Source: a virus. From it: DNA of 64,000 bases. Below, piece after piece: positions 48,105 to 58,209 of the stretch (position 1 is the stretch's first letter; each line of letters opens with the position of its first letter). The notes beneath the pieces are model-generated. The model had not been told where the DNA came from, did no database searches, and worked only from the letters and a program-made list of their open reading frames with translations. The translations under genes and the position numbers were made by a program. Location: the IMG/VR virus record IMGVR_UViG_3300028374_000796. One strand, 5' to 3'.

Positions 48105-51100
48105 TACCTACCTCCATTATTACGACCACCACCGGATCCTCTGGGGTTTCGCTTCGACGTATAGTTTCTGCTTCTTCGTTTACGACGATGATATTCAGTC
48201 GTAGTTCTAGGCTGTCTTCCTCCAATTCCACGGGAACCTACCACCTGAGGATTATGAGAATGATTCTTCTTATTCATAAGACGATCCATAGCAATCCAGA
48301 CTGCCCGTGTAAGAGCATCAGAAAAGTCATCATATTTCCCTCGAACTTGTGGAGCCTCTACCATGATCATTCGTTTTCCTCGGGAAGTGGACTCAAGCTC
48401 TAATAGCTCCTGAATGTGCGGAGAGTGACCTTGTCTCTCTAAACCGTCATCATCAGTGAGAACATAGTCATAGAGTTCGATTTTTTCGCGGTACATAAGG
48501 TTCTTAAATCCTTGATATATTTCAGAAGTTGTACTCCGGGTAAAATTGTTCATTTTGATCCTTGACAAATTACGCCTTTGAAGAATCTGATCAAAACCAA
48601 TACCTTCAAATGAGTCATAAGCTCCTTCTACGACATAAAACCGTTTACAGGCTTCTTCGATCCAGTTAGCAATCTGTTCGTAATCCAGAGTTTCAACAGA
48701 TCCCAAGTCCCTAGCATAAGGAACCATAGGCTTTTCCAAATGAGGATTCAGTAAATGCCACTCTGTTTTAGCCTGCCATTGCTCATGATAAGCCAACTGA
48801 ATCACGTCTTCCTTTAATCGTGTAAGTACCAAAGCTGTGCGGTCCCCTTTCGGGGCCAGGTCAAATCCAAGAAAATGCCGGTCCCTAGTTTTCCCTTTCT
48901 TAGCCGGTCTTAAATCGGGATTAATGCAGGCTAGGAGATCATCATCTCTTTCAATCCAGGACTTGACCTTATCTGTAAATTCAGCCCCGAACTCTGTGGT
49001 GAATGCAATGGGATTTTTTTCGTACTCTTTCTCAAAATAATTATGAGGAATAGTTGGATTCACTTCCCAGGTAGGAGCCTGAATCATTAAAAGACCCTTT
49101 GAACCGGGTCCTCCAGAGAGAGCCATCTCATATTGCTCATAGAACAGCCCCTGCTTGGCGTAAGGGGAAGAGATGAGGATCATCCTACCCTCTGAGTCTC
49201 CAATAGGTATGGAAGCGTCGTCAGGGTCTTTGGGAGAGAACTGCGCCAGAGAAGGGTTGAGAGCCTGATAAACTTCGGAAGCGGAAGCTTGACCACTCGT
49301 ATTAAAGAAAGCGACCTCGTCCATGATGGCCACAATATTAGCAGAACCACGAATACCTTTCGCTACAGAAGAGTAAAACGTAATTCTAACAGAGGGCGCT
49401 CCCTCATTATCTTGATCCTGAGGGGTATGAAATAGAGCTTGCGTTTGTGTCTCATTTCCCATAAACTGGGAGAAGAAATTACAATTATTGAAGTGACGGC
49501 GCACCTCTTTATATAACAAAGCAGCCTGATCCTTCGAGGTAGCAATTGAACAAATCTGAATAGGGGCGCCCTCAGGAGTACCGTAATAGGCTTGTGGGTT
49601 ATATTTCTTTAGCAGCTTATACATTTCATAAGCTGCAATCATAGCCGAGATCGAGCTATTATGATTGGTCATTCCATTAGCTACATATTGGTGACCCTCA
49701 GGAACACTAATATCCCCAACTTCAGTTCTAGTTTCTTTCACAGACACAACTGGATCAAAGAAATAGTCTTTTTCTAGGAATTCTTCACCTTTCGATATTA
49801 ACGTGTTAGATGCCCCATTCTCTTTTGCAGACTCAAGGGTATTTACAAGTCTTCTATACGTCATCTGGTCGGAACTTGAGGGCTTACAAACATTTCCCAA
49901 TTCTTTTCTTACATGACTCCTGCGCCATCCTTTTTCTGAGGATCCGTGGCATAAAGGATTGTTCTTAGGAATAGAATCTAAAAGGGACCTTGACCATTCT
50001 TTTTGGTGTGGAATTGAATTCAAACGAGATTTAGATTTCATACCACAAGTTTCTAGTCGGGTCTTAACCTGACTATTTTTTCTTTCCGTAAGAAATCCAA
50101 TTTGTTCACTGAAAATCCTAGCAGATCGAATCCCAAAAACACCTAAATCATAATAGTCAGTGCCCTCTATTTCTCTAGTTCTAACTCTGGATACGATACC
50201 GAAATTTAGAAGAAGTAACTGAACCTGTTTCGCCATTTTCGGAGATGCAGTACAAAAACTAATCCTTCCGTTATCTGCGCAGCCATCGGTTTCAAACAAT
50301 CCCTTAAGAAAAGCTGAGACAACCTGTTTGGGGGATCTCCGAATCGACCAAGGTATTTCCTTATCATTGGATTTAGCATCGTAATTCCAACCCAAGTCAT
50401 GTAGAAACTCTCGGAATCCTGTACTATGATAGCGTAGCGTTCCTGTTCCGGATTCCAAACCTTCGAGATCTAATTTCTGAGTCCAAAGACTTTCCCCCAT
50501 TAGTTCCTTGAAAAGATCTTCACAAATTGAAATCATTTCTGGATAGGGACCTACCGTAACTCCAATAGAGGATTTACTAGTCCAAGATCCGTCGCCCACC
50601 AATATTCCCATAAGGGTTGCAAAGTCTTCTGTTAGATATTCTGGGGTTGAAAATTCTTTATGACCCTTTTCATTGTTAAACTCAGAAAGGTCTAAATATT
50701 CTGTAGGCCAGAGATCAGTATTTCTATGAATACAGAGATGGTCCCCTTCCTTGATTTGATCCCCGTACTTCCAATCTATAGTCCCATCGGATCCTAATAC
50801 CTTGACCCTATGTTCAGCCGTGCATTCTATGTCATAGCCGCAGTGTGATTCGATCTTATAGGTATCTTCAAACCCGTTATAGTAAAAAGCGTCGGCTTCT
50901 GCTCTCTTAAGTTTCCCTTCCTGTGCGACCTCAAACCCTTTAAGGTCATACCATGTGTCTGAGGTCATTTTCTGGTCAGGAGCAAGCTCACGAAGCGTCT
51001 GGAGACCTTGAGAGGTAAGAAGAAACGTACCGTCTAGCGATCCACATTTCCCACTACGTCTGCCAATCGGAAGGATCAATTCTCTTCTATCGTGGTCCTG

Positions 51101-51436
51101 CTCTTTGATATTACAGCGGCCCTGACTATATAGATATTCTAGATAGCCAACCTCAGTGAATTCCAGCATTCCTGCGCCATCCTTCTGGGCATACCTCCAG
51201 GATTTAGGGACTTTGACATAGGGATCCGTGTCATCAAGTTCCAAATTATAGAACATTTTGAGGATAAATCTCTGAACAGGGAACAGGGCTTGTCCACAAA
51301 TCTCTTTAGCGAAACGAAGTCCGAAAGGAGATTCGATGAATTCGATGATATTCATTACATCATCGGTCTTCTTCTTACCTCCAGATCCGTCCTCCTGTTC
51401 CCTACCTATTTTTCTAGCTAAATCAGATAATGACAC
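48104..51436 (-). CDS. terL: Terminase large subunit, intein-containing
   Basis: Walker A IGRRSGK/S, Walker B VAIMDEVAF, coupling motif LISSP, nuclease FLGFDLA and KYDDFSDA. Confidence 0.95.
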   Translation of the reverse strand: MSLSDLARKIGREQEDGSGGKKKTDDVMNIIEFIESPFGLRFAKEICGQALFPVQRFILKMFYNLELDDTDPYVKVPKSWRYAQKDGAGMLEFTEVGYLEYLYSQGRCNIKEQDHDRRELILPIGRRSGKCGSLDGTFLLTSQGLQTLRELAPDQKMTSDTWYDLKGFEVAQEGKLKRAEADAFYYNGFEDTYKIESHCGYDIECTAEHRVKVLGSDGTIDWKYGDQIKEGDHLCIHRNTDLWPTEYLDLSEFNNEKGHKEFSTPEYLTEDFATLMGILVGDGSWTSKSSIGVTVGPYPEMISICEDLFKELMGESLWTQKLDLEGLESGTGTLRYHSTGFREFLHDLGWNYDAKSNDKEIPWSIRRSPKQVVSAFLKGLFETDGCADNGRISFCTASPKMAKQVQLLLLNFGIVSRVRTREIEGTDYYDLGVFGIRSARIFSEQIGFLTERKNSQVKTRLETCGMKSKSRLNSIPHQKEWSRSLLDSIPKNNPLCHGSSEKGWRRSHVRKELGNVCKPSSSDQMTYRRLVNTLESAKENGASNTLISKGEEFLEKDYFFDPVVSVKETRTEVGDISVPEGHQYVANGMTNHNSSISAMIAAYEMYKLLKKYNPQAYYGTPEGAPIQICSIATSKDQAALLYKEVRRHFNNCNFFSQFMGNETQTQALFHTPQDQDNEGAPSVRITFYSSVAKGIRGSANIVAIMDEVAFFNTSGQASASEVYQALNPSLAQFSPKDPDDASIPIGDSEGRMILISSPYAKQGLFYEQYEMALSGGPGSKGLLMIQAPTWEVNPTIPHNYFEKEYEKNPIAFTTEFGAEFTDKVKSWIERDDDLLACINPDLRPAKKGKTRDRHFLGFDLAPKGDRTALVLTRLKEDVIQLAYHEQWQAKTEWHLLNPHLEKPMVPYARDLGSVETLDYEQIANWIEEACKRFYVVEGAYDSFEGIGFDQILQRRNLSRIKMNNFTRSTTSEIYQGFKNLMYREKIELYDYVLTDDDGLERQGHSPHIQELLELESTSRGKRMIMVEAPQVRGKYDDFSDALTRAVWIAMDRLMNKKNHSHNPQVVGSRGIGGRQPRTTTEYHRRKRRSRNYTSKRNPRGSGGGRNNGGR
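49658..51046 (-). mobile_element. Intein (463 aa) with LAGLIDADG endonuclease, inserted in Walker A
   Basis: Starts CGSLDGTFLLTSQG; CTAEHRV block B; LMGILVGDG and LKGLFETDG; ends VGDISVPEGHQYVANGMTNHN followed by Ser. Confidence 0.92.
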
Positions 51437-51451
51437 GGTGTGATTCCCCTT

Positions 51452-52438
51452 TTACTTAGAAATAAATTTAGCGCCGAATTCCGAATCAAACCTTTCAGGT
51501 TTAGTTTTCTCATGAACCTGTTTATAATAATCTAGTGGAATAGAAGGATTCATTTCCCAGGTAGGAATTTGAAGAGCTAAACTAGGCAAAGGAGATGTCT
51601 GAGGAGACATAATTTTTTCAAACCGATCATAGAAAAACCCTTCTTTCTTATAAGGAGAAGAAAATAAAAGTAGTTTTCCTTCGCAGGGTCCGATCTCTAC
51701 TAAGGGATTAGAAGGGCTTTTCGGTGTGAAACTTTGAAGAGAAGGGAGTACTTCTTGGAGTTTATGACGAGCATCATTCTCTTTAAAGAAAGCTATCTCA
51801 TCAAAAGCTGCTACAATAGTAGGCAATCCATGAAGACCCTTTTTCACTGAAGAACTTTGGGACTGAAATCGCAAAGTAGGATCTCTCTGTTCCAACCTAT
51901 CCTGATGGGTATAAAAAGTAGCGTGACTCTTACTAGACTCTTCCAAGAACTGTGCAATGGGAGAATTTTTAATAAAACCCATTACACCTTTATGAAAAAG
52001 TCTAGATTGGTCTAGATTCACAGAAGTCAAAATAACTTGTAATGAAGAACCCTCAGGCATTCCATAACAAGTCTGGGGATTGTTCTTAGATAACAATTTA
52101 TACAACTCATAAGAAATCATCATCTGAGAAAGAAGAGATTTACCTCCCCTACGTCCCGCTACCAGCACTAATTCAGAACAATATTTTTGATAGCTGGTGC
52201 TACACCTTCCCTCATTATAAAGGTAAGATAAGTACTCCTTTTCAGTAAAAGAATGAGTAGTAATACCTTCCCAGGTTTCGGAAATAGAGATACAGCGATC
52301 CGTATCATCTAACGGAATGCCATAAGTCATTTTAAGGATGAACTTTTGAACAGGAAATAGAGAGTGACCTTGCTTATGAAATCCTAAGCCGTTGGTACAT
52401 TCTATAAATTCAATGATATTTTTGAGGGTTTTAGACAT
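51452..52438 (-). CDS. Terminase ATPase-only paralog
   Basis: AGRRGGKS, AAFDEIAF, LFSSP, PTWEMNP; ends at FGAKF with no nuclease domain. Confidence 0.85.
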   Translation of the reverse strand: MSKTLKNIIEFIECTNGLGFHKQGHSLFPVQKFILKMTYGIPLDDTDRCISISETWEGITTHSFTEKEYLSYLYNEGRCSTSYQKYCSELVLVAGRRGGKSLLSQMMISYELYKLLSKNNPQTCYGMPEGSSLQVILTSVNLDQSRLFHKGVMGFIKNSPIAQFLEESSKSHATFYTHQDRLEQRDPTLRFQSQSSSVKKGLHGLPTIVAAFDEIAFFKENDARHKLQEVLPSLQSFTPKSPSNPLVEIGPCEGKLLLFSSPYKKEGFFYDRFEKIMSPQTSPLPSLALQIPTWEMNPSIPLDYYKQVHEKTKPERFDSEFGAKFISK

Positions 52439-52557
52439 TATAATCTCCAGTAACTTAGGAAGGACTGGAGATCATCGTTTTTATCGTAGTCGTTGTTAGG
52501 TCATTTCGTAAGAAGACCCAACCCTTCAGGTATGAGGGTGTTGATTAAATAAATAGG

Positions 52558-53118
52558 TTAGTCAGCTTTGATATAGGCCATTGCTTCCTTGTCCCATCTA
52601 CTATCATCATCAAGCTTTTTTCCAATCTCGTCGAACAAAATCGAAATCTGTTCAGAAGGTAAATCCATCTCTTCGGCGGACTTGCGAATTACTCTAGTAA
52701 GTAACCATGTCATAAATTTTTCAAATCGCTTGGACTTGAAATCAAAAGACTGGTCGAGGACCGCATCCCGTTTACGAAAATAAATATCAGCAACACTTTT
52801 TAAAGCAGTTACTTTCTTTGACGAGAGAACCGAAGTATCTTCCCCCTTTCGTTCGCTCTCCCCTCTTTCAAAGTGAAGAGAAGCAGCTTCCTTGGCCAGT
52901 TCGATCATAAGCATATCTAAAACATCTAACGAATCAGGATTCTCTCCCAGCATAGACGTAAGATTATCTTTTTGAAGATGCTTAGACTTCTGTTTTAGGA
53001 CCTCCCTAATCTCAGGACTTTTGGGAAGGAGCTTAATTTTCCTAGGTCTGCCCCTTCCCCGTTTGGTTTTCTTCTTTAAAGTTACAGAAGTAACCGGCTT
53101 TGGATATTTAGAACTCAT
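52558..53118 (-). CDS. Possible terminase small subunit (AT-hook)
   Basis: RGRGRPRK AT-hook; helical; directly upstream of the terL genes. Confidence 0.4.
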   Translation of the reverse strand: MSSKYPKPVTSVTLKKKTKRGRGRPRKIKLLPKSPEIREVLKQKSKHLQKDNLTSMLGENPDSLDVLDMLMIELAKEAASLHFERGESERKGEDTSVLSSKKVTALKSVADIYFRKRDAVLDQSFDFKSKRFEKFMTWLLTRVIRKSAEEMDLPSEQISILFDEIGKKLDDDSRWDKEAMAYIKAD

Positions 53119-53151
53119 AATTTTTACCTCTAGTATCTAAACAGACTTGAA

Positions 53152-53688
53152 TTACTGTCTATTCAAATAAGATGCAATACGCTGAACAGTTTTTCTAGCA
53201 GGGTCCGTCATAAACATACGGATCTTATCTGAGAAGTTTTTAGATCCTCGGGCACCTTTGATGTCAATATTGATATACTCGGGAGCCAGAGAAAAAGAAA
53301 CATCTGCGAAAAAGGTAATCTTCTCTCCATCCTCATCATGCTTAGTAAAACGAAAGCCCAGATCCTCTTCACCCCTAAGCTCAAAAGACATTCCGTCAAG
53401 TCCTTCAACAGAATCCTTTAGCTCACTAGAGATATGACCAATATAGGAAGAAAGAAGTTCTCCCAATGAAGTTCGCTTTTTGATGCGAACCATTGATCCT
53501 TCCCTAGACATAGAAGAGGTATCAGTTTTGGAAGGAGAAACCGAATAGGGGTCTCCTTTCCGAATAAAAGCAGATGTCTTTCCCCTACTAGTATCACTGG
53601 AAATACGAGTCAGTACGGGAACAATATGCTGCCGTAACTCAGGTTTTTGATTTCCTAGACGAATAAGGCTTTTCTTTAGATTTGACAT
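53152..53688 (-). CDS. LIRLG-PELR-tagged protein
   Basis: MSNLKKSLIRLGNQKPELRQHIVPVLTRISS. Confidence 0.75.
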   Translation of the reverse strand: MSNLKKSLIRLGNQKPELRQHIVPVLTRISSDTSRGKTSAFIRKGDPYSVSPSKTDTSSMSREGSMVRIKKRTSLGELLSSYIGHISSELKDSVEGLDGMSFELRGEEDLGFRFTKHDEDGEKITFFADVSFSLAPEYINIDIKGARGSKNFSDKIRMFMTDPARKTVQRIASYLNRQ

Positions 53689-53690
53689 AA

Positions 53691-56600
53691 TTACTCCGTT
53701 GTGAAACCACCAAATGAAATTCCTTCCATCGGGGCTTGTGTAGATTCTTTGTTAAATTCAATATTGCCCATCTCAGAATTGACATGGGATGCGGTCATTT
53801 CTAACTCTTCCATTTGCTCCAGACCTGTTGTAGCATTAAGAGTTCGCTCATCCATCAAATCGCTCATATGGTTTTGGGTTCTCTCGATAATTTTATCAAG
53901 GTACACCGATCCCATTTTAAAGACTTGACTTCCGAATTTAGACTTGAGATTTTCTTTAACATCCTCAGAGGAATTACCTTTCATAAGGAGTTGTCTAGCT
54001 TCATAGAGCATAGAACCAACTTTCTTTTCAGATTTGGCACTCTCTAATGAATTTCCATAAAACCCTGTGGTACTGATATCAGCTTCTAGGGTATCTGTAC
54101 TGGAAGATTGCGTATGCGCCATTCTAACCTTATCTCGAAGGTTCATGTTCTGGGATACTAGAGATTTAGCGTCTCTTCTATTGATTGATCCGGACCTGAC
54201 TCGATATCCAAGCGCTTTTTGAACTTGACGTTCATTGTACTTGGGTTCAGGTAACAAATCTTTACCGTAGAGGAGACAGGATCCACTCTTATTATAAACA
54301 CATCCTCCACATTTAGAGCCTTTTACGATCTGAGACAGTGTCTCATTCATGGCTCTCTTTCCTACTGCGCAGTCCGCAAAAGAATCAGCGGTACTATAAG
54401 ACCTTCCAAACAGACCTTCTTCTTCTCGCATAGCAAGGATAAGAGGAGCATTTTTGACGATATCTTCTTCTGAGAAAGTTTTTCGTATCTCAGAAGACAG
54501 TTTGGATCCATAAGATCCTGAGAGCATTCTATCCCGAAGCCAACGGCCAATTTTTGTTTCAAAAAATTCAGGAAGTAAAACTGACTCAGTGCCTACAGGT
54601 TGAAATTCGGGATCCGTAACCGCAGCCAGAACCACTTCTTCTAATTTTTGACCTTGTGCATAATTACGCACATTAGAAGACGTTTTATTTTGGGAAAGCC
54701 AAACTGTCTTGACCAGATCCATTCCGAAACGGGCATTAAGAGTTGCTATAATCTTTCTGCCACCATTCTTTTTAAGATAATAGCGGAGGTCTCTAGTAGC
54801 AGTTCCGGCTTCCTTAGAATTGATCTTCGTTTTAAAAGATTCAAGATCCTTGGGGCTTACTTCCATCTCACTCTCTTTTACTTGCGTTGTAGAGTAGATA
54901 GCATGTCTGTACTTCTTCACAGACAGAGGAAGAATCTTTCCAAAAGTCGCCTGTGCTATCTTATGAACGGTAGAAACACTATGATTGTGCATCTCAGGTA
55001 GTTTTAACTCTACCAATGCTGCAATTTTGTCTTCGTCATCCACAGGATGGAGACCTTTTGCAAGGGCCATTCGTCTAAGGATGGCAGAATGTGTGATCTC
55101 CTTAGAGAAAAAAGCTTTCATATCTTCCATCACAGGAAGAGATTGCAAATGAGCATTCCTTTGTGTAAAAGCAGCTTTCTCTTCTTCTTTAGTGAAAGGA
55201 AAAGAAGCGGTGTACAAACGCCCTAGCAGGTTCATATGAGGCTTTAAAGGGAACAGTACGGGGTCAGTATCAATCAAAGCTTTGATAGCCGGTCCGTGGT
55301 CCCCTGCAAGCATTCTACGAGCTACTTTATTGCGAGCATTAAGATCTGCAAAGGTTTCCCCTTCCCTAATATTTGCTGTCCTGGGATTGTTCTTGACCAC
55401 CTTAGTTCTAGTTACTTTCTTAGATCGTAACTTGGACTCCGCTTGGTCTGGGGTAAGGTTAAGAGTTGGGTCATCAGGATTCTGGTCATAAGAATGGTAT
55501 TCAGCAGTTTTAGAAAATACAGGTCGTGAATATATCATCTGTGTAAACGACTGAAACTCGCTGGTAGGCATTTCTTGAATCTTTGGATAAAGAGACGCGA
55601 TAACTTTCCGCCCTTTAGTAGAAGTTCCGAAGCCTTTGACCTTCGCATATCTTTTTAGAACCGCTGCCTTAGTAGAATCCTTTTCAAAAAATTCTTCCAA
55701 TTCAGAGGATGCCAGATAAGGTAGGCTTGACAATTTAGGATTTTTGAACTTCGCCAATTCATCTTTTGTAACGTAAGAAGATAATACATAGAGACGACCC
55801 ATCAAGTGAATGTGAGCCTCTAAGGTATCAAAACCTTCCGAAGCCAACCTTGAAGCCATTGCATCACTATGGTCTCCCTTGAGCATCTTATGAGCAAGTT
55901 TACGGGCTATCTCAGGACGATACCTTGAGTCTACCTTCTCTCTAGTAATCTCGGTCTCTGCGACGCTCTGACGAGCTTCTGAGGATGAAATACCACGAGT
56001 GGGGTCAAAAATGGACGGTGCTAAATGTTCGTAATGTCGAATTTTCTCGGGAAGAGGGGAAGCATAAACACTTTGCGCAAAAGAACGTAGCTTGTCCTCA
56101 TTAAAGGAAGCTACTCTTTTTCCCATCTTCGCAATGACTTCCCCTTTGGTAGCTTCATAATCAGGACCGTATTGCGATAACGCATATCGGTGTAGGATCC
56201 TATTAAGAGCTTTTGGGGAGTTAAGGGAAAATGATTGAAAAGAAGAAGATGCAACTTTCTCATCAGAAGGCTTACCATAAGTAAGCAATCCTTTATGTTC
56301 CTTTAAATAGGCATCCGCAGCTTCTCTAGTATCAAAGAAACTAAGGTCAGCATATAAACGACCCATCAAATTAACGTGAGGCTCTAAGGATGCAAGTCCC
56401 TTATCGGATGCAATTGCATCACGAACTTCGGGACCGTGGTTTCCTTCCAACATCGCCTTACCGATCTTCTTCAATTTTCCAGATCGATAAACGTTTGCAA
56501 CTACTTCCCTCTGAATTTCAGCACTTTCAAGGGACGTGAGAGCTTGCTTAGAAGATACAGTAGCAGCAAGGTTCCTGACTACAGGTCTGCCGTCGATAGC

Positions 56601-57350
56601 CTCTGTCCCTTGCTTTAAGGGAGCTAGAGAAGCATTTCTAATTTTCTCTTTGACTGGAAAATGTTCTGGTATTCCAGAAAGGTCTTTTCCTAGAGATTCA
56701 GCTTTATTTCGATAAAAAGCCCAGGTATCTTCGGTATATTGAATATCAAATACCAGTTCCTTTTGGAACCTAGAACATTTTTCTTCTTTTGCCCATACAC
56801 AACCGGAGCATTTGTCTTTCGCCACAACAAATTTAGCGCCCTTATTATGACGTCCTACAAAATCCTGTCCTTCCCCTTGGTCACAATTAGGGAAAAGAGA
56901 TGAATCTACATAGACCGTACCAATAAGTCCACGCTCGGAAAACGCTTTCTTGATTGTGTCGGTTGCTTTTGCTAAAACACTCTTATCAAAATGAGACTTG
57001 AGAAGAGTAGTAGCCTCTTTAGCCGTTGTACCTGCCATCAAGTGCTTTCGTAGAAACTGCTCTACTACTTCCAATTTAACATCATCGGTCAGATCATTAG
57101 AGATTTCTCTCTCAGACCAGAACGGTGTGTTAGGCTTGGACGGTTCTCTATTCTCAGGGGAAAGACGATACTTGTCTTCATCTGTTAAATATCCCCACTG
57201 TTCCTCAAGATCCGGGATAGCATCCAAGTTCTGTTTTGGTAGTTTTTCATACTCACGGTACTCTTCTTCATCGACGTTAACCCAATCCAAATCGGAAAGG
57301 GTTTTCGACTCGTCAGAAAGAAGCGTTGTGAGATCACCTAAATCAGCCAT
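53691..57350 (-). CDS. Large repeat protein (1219 aa), possible inner-head protein
   Basis: Three ~190-aa repeats (MLxG[DN]H...LxxHxxL[ML]GRLY) and two Cys4 modules. Confidence 0.7.
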   Translation of the reverse strand: MADLGDLTTLLSDESKTLSDLDWVNVDEEEYREYEKLPKQNLDAIPDLEEQWGYLTDEDKYRLSPENREPSKPNTPFWSEREISNDLTDDVKLEVVEQFLRKHLMAGTTAKEATTLLKSHFDKSVLAKATDTIKKAFSERGLIGTVYVDSSLFPNCDQGEGQDFVGRHNKGAKFVVAKDKCSGCVWAKEEKCSRFQKELVFDIQYTEDTWAFYRNKAESLGKDLSGIPEHFPVKEKIRNASLAPLKQGTEAIDGRPVVRNLAATVSSKQALTSLESAEIQREVVANVYRSGKLKKIGKAMLEGNHGPEVRDAIASDKGLASLEPHVNLMGRLYADLSFFDTREAADAYLKEHKGLLTYGKPSDEKVASSSFQSFSLNSPKALNRILHRYALSQYGPDYEATKGEVIAKMGKRVASFNEDKLRSFAQSVYASPLPEKIRHYEHLAPSIFDPTRGISSSEARQSVAETEITREKVDSRYRPEIARKLAHKMLKGDHSDAMASRLASEGFDTLEAHIHLMGRLYVLSSYVTKDELAKFKNPKLSSLPYLASSELEEFFEKDSTKAAVLKRYAKVKGFGTSTKGRKVIASLYPKIQEMPTSEFQSFTQMIYSRPVFSKTAEYHSYDQNPDDPTLNLTPDQAESKLRSKKVTRTKVVKNNPRTANIREGETFADLNARNKVARRMLAGDHGPAIKALIDTDPVLFPLKPHMNLLGRLYTASFPFTKEEEKAAFTQRNAHLQSLPVMEDMKAFFSKEITHSAILRRMALAKGLHPVDDEDKIAALVELKLPEMHNHSVSTVHKIAQATFGKILPLSVKKYRHAIYSTTQVKESEMEVSPKDLESFKTKINSKEAGTATRDLRYYLKKNGGRKIIATLNARFGMDLVKTVWLSQNKTSSNVRNYAQGQKLEEVVLAAVTDPEFQPVGTESVLLPEFFETKIGRWLRDRMLSGSYGSKLSSEIRKTFSEEDIVKNAPLILAMREEEGLFGRSYSTADSFADCAVGKRAMNETLSQIVKGSKCGGCVYNKSGSCLLYGKDLLPEPKYNERQVQKALGYRVRSGSINRRDAKSLVSQNMNLRDKVRMAHTQSSSTDTLEADISTTGFYGNSLESAKSEKKVGSMLYEARQLLMKGNSSEDVKENLKSKFGSQVFKMGSVYLDKIIERTQNHMSDLMDERTLNATTGLEQMEELEMTASHVNSEMGNIEFNKESTQAPMEGISFGGFTTE

Positions 57351-57377
57351 ATTTTTTACCTGGGCTATCGCGAAGTG

Positions 57378-58205
57378 TTAATCTTGAAGATTCTCTTCCA
57401 TTTCATCAACTTCATCATCCCCAAAACCTTCGGGATCCGAAATGATGTCTTCCGCTTCTTCCATAATCTCATCTACTTCGTCTTGATCATCCTGCGACAT
57501 TGTTTCAATTGGTTCTTTCCAATGATCCGCACGAATTTCATCTGAAATCGTATCAATACTGTTAGTAATAATTTCGATAGCTTCTCCAAGACCTTTTCTC
57601 ATCTCTCTAATTTCTTGAATATACCCTTTACCTCCCAACTTTCCATCAGGAGAGATATTCACACTTTTGATCTTAGTGAATCTATCCTTTGCAGAAATCA
57701 AATGCCCCATTGCAACGGACAGCGACCACATTGTTTTGGAAAGAGGCTTGACATATTTCGATTTGAACTTAAAATCAGAAGGGATTTCTCTCTGTTCAGG
57801 TCCTTGATCCTTAATGAATCGAATCTCTCCCGCTGTTTTAGTTCGGGATACAGGTACTCCAGCTTTCTTAGCGAAGACTCTTTTCGCCACTTTTACATGT
57901 AAAGAGTCTCCACTGGAGATCGTAATTCGTTTCTTTGAAGACATTCGCATTTCTCCTACATAAGTACCAGTGACCTCTACCCATTCATCTACATAATCCG
58001 CTTCCCATTTCCACTCAGGAAACTCGGACTTTAAAAGTTTTCGTAATCTCTTAGCTTCTAGTAAGTCTTCCCTACCAGGAGTTTCGGAACCTACGTTGCC
58101 GTTATCTCTGGTAATAAAAGTTATTGAGTTATTAGATAGAGAGTCTATTTTAAACCAGGTACGATTTTCCCTGAGAAATTTTTCAAATCCTAGCATGGAA
58201 ACCAT
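57378..58205 (-). CDS. Hypothetical protein with acidic C-terminus
   Basis: ORF track; KVAKRVFAKKAG, KTAGEIRFIKD. Confidence 0.7.
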   Translation of the reverse strand: MVSMLGFEKFLRENRTWFKIDSLSNNSITFITRDNGNVGSETPGREDLLEAKRLRKLLKSEFPEWKWEADYVDEWVEVTGTYVGEMRMSSKKRITISSGDSLHVKVAKRVFAKKAGVPVSRTKTAGEIRFIKDQGPEQREIPSDFKFKSKYVKPLSKTMWSLSVAMGHLISAKDRFTKIKSVNISPDGKLGGKGYIQEIREMRKGLGEAIEIITNSIDTISDEIRADHWKEPIETMSQDDQDEVDEIMEEAEDIISDPEGFGDDEVDEMEENLQD

Positions 58206-58209
58206 ATGA

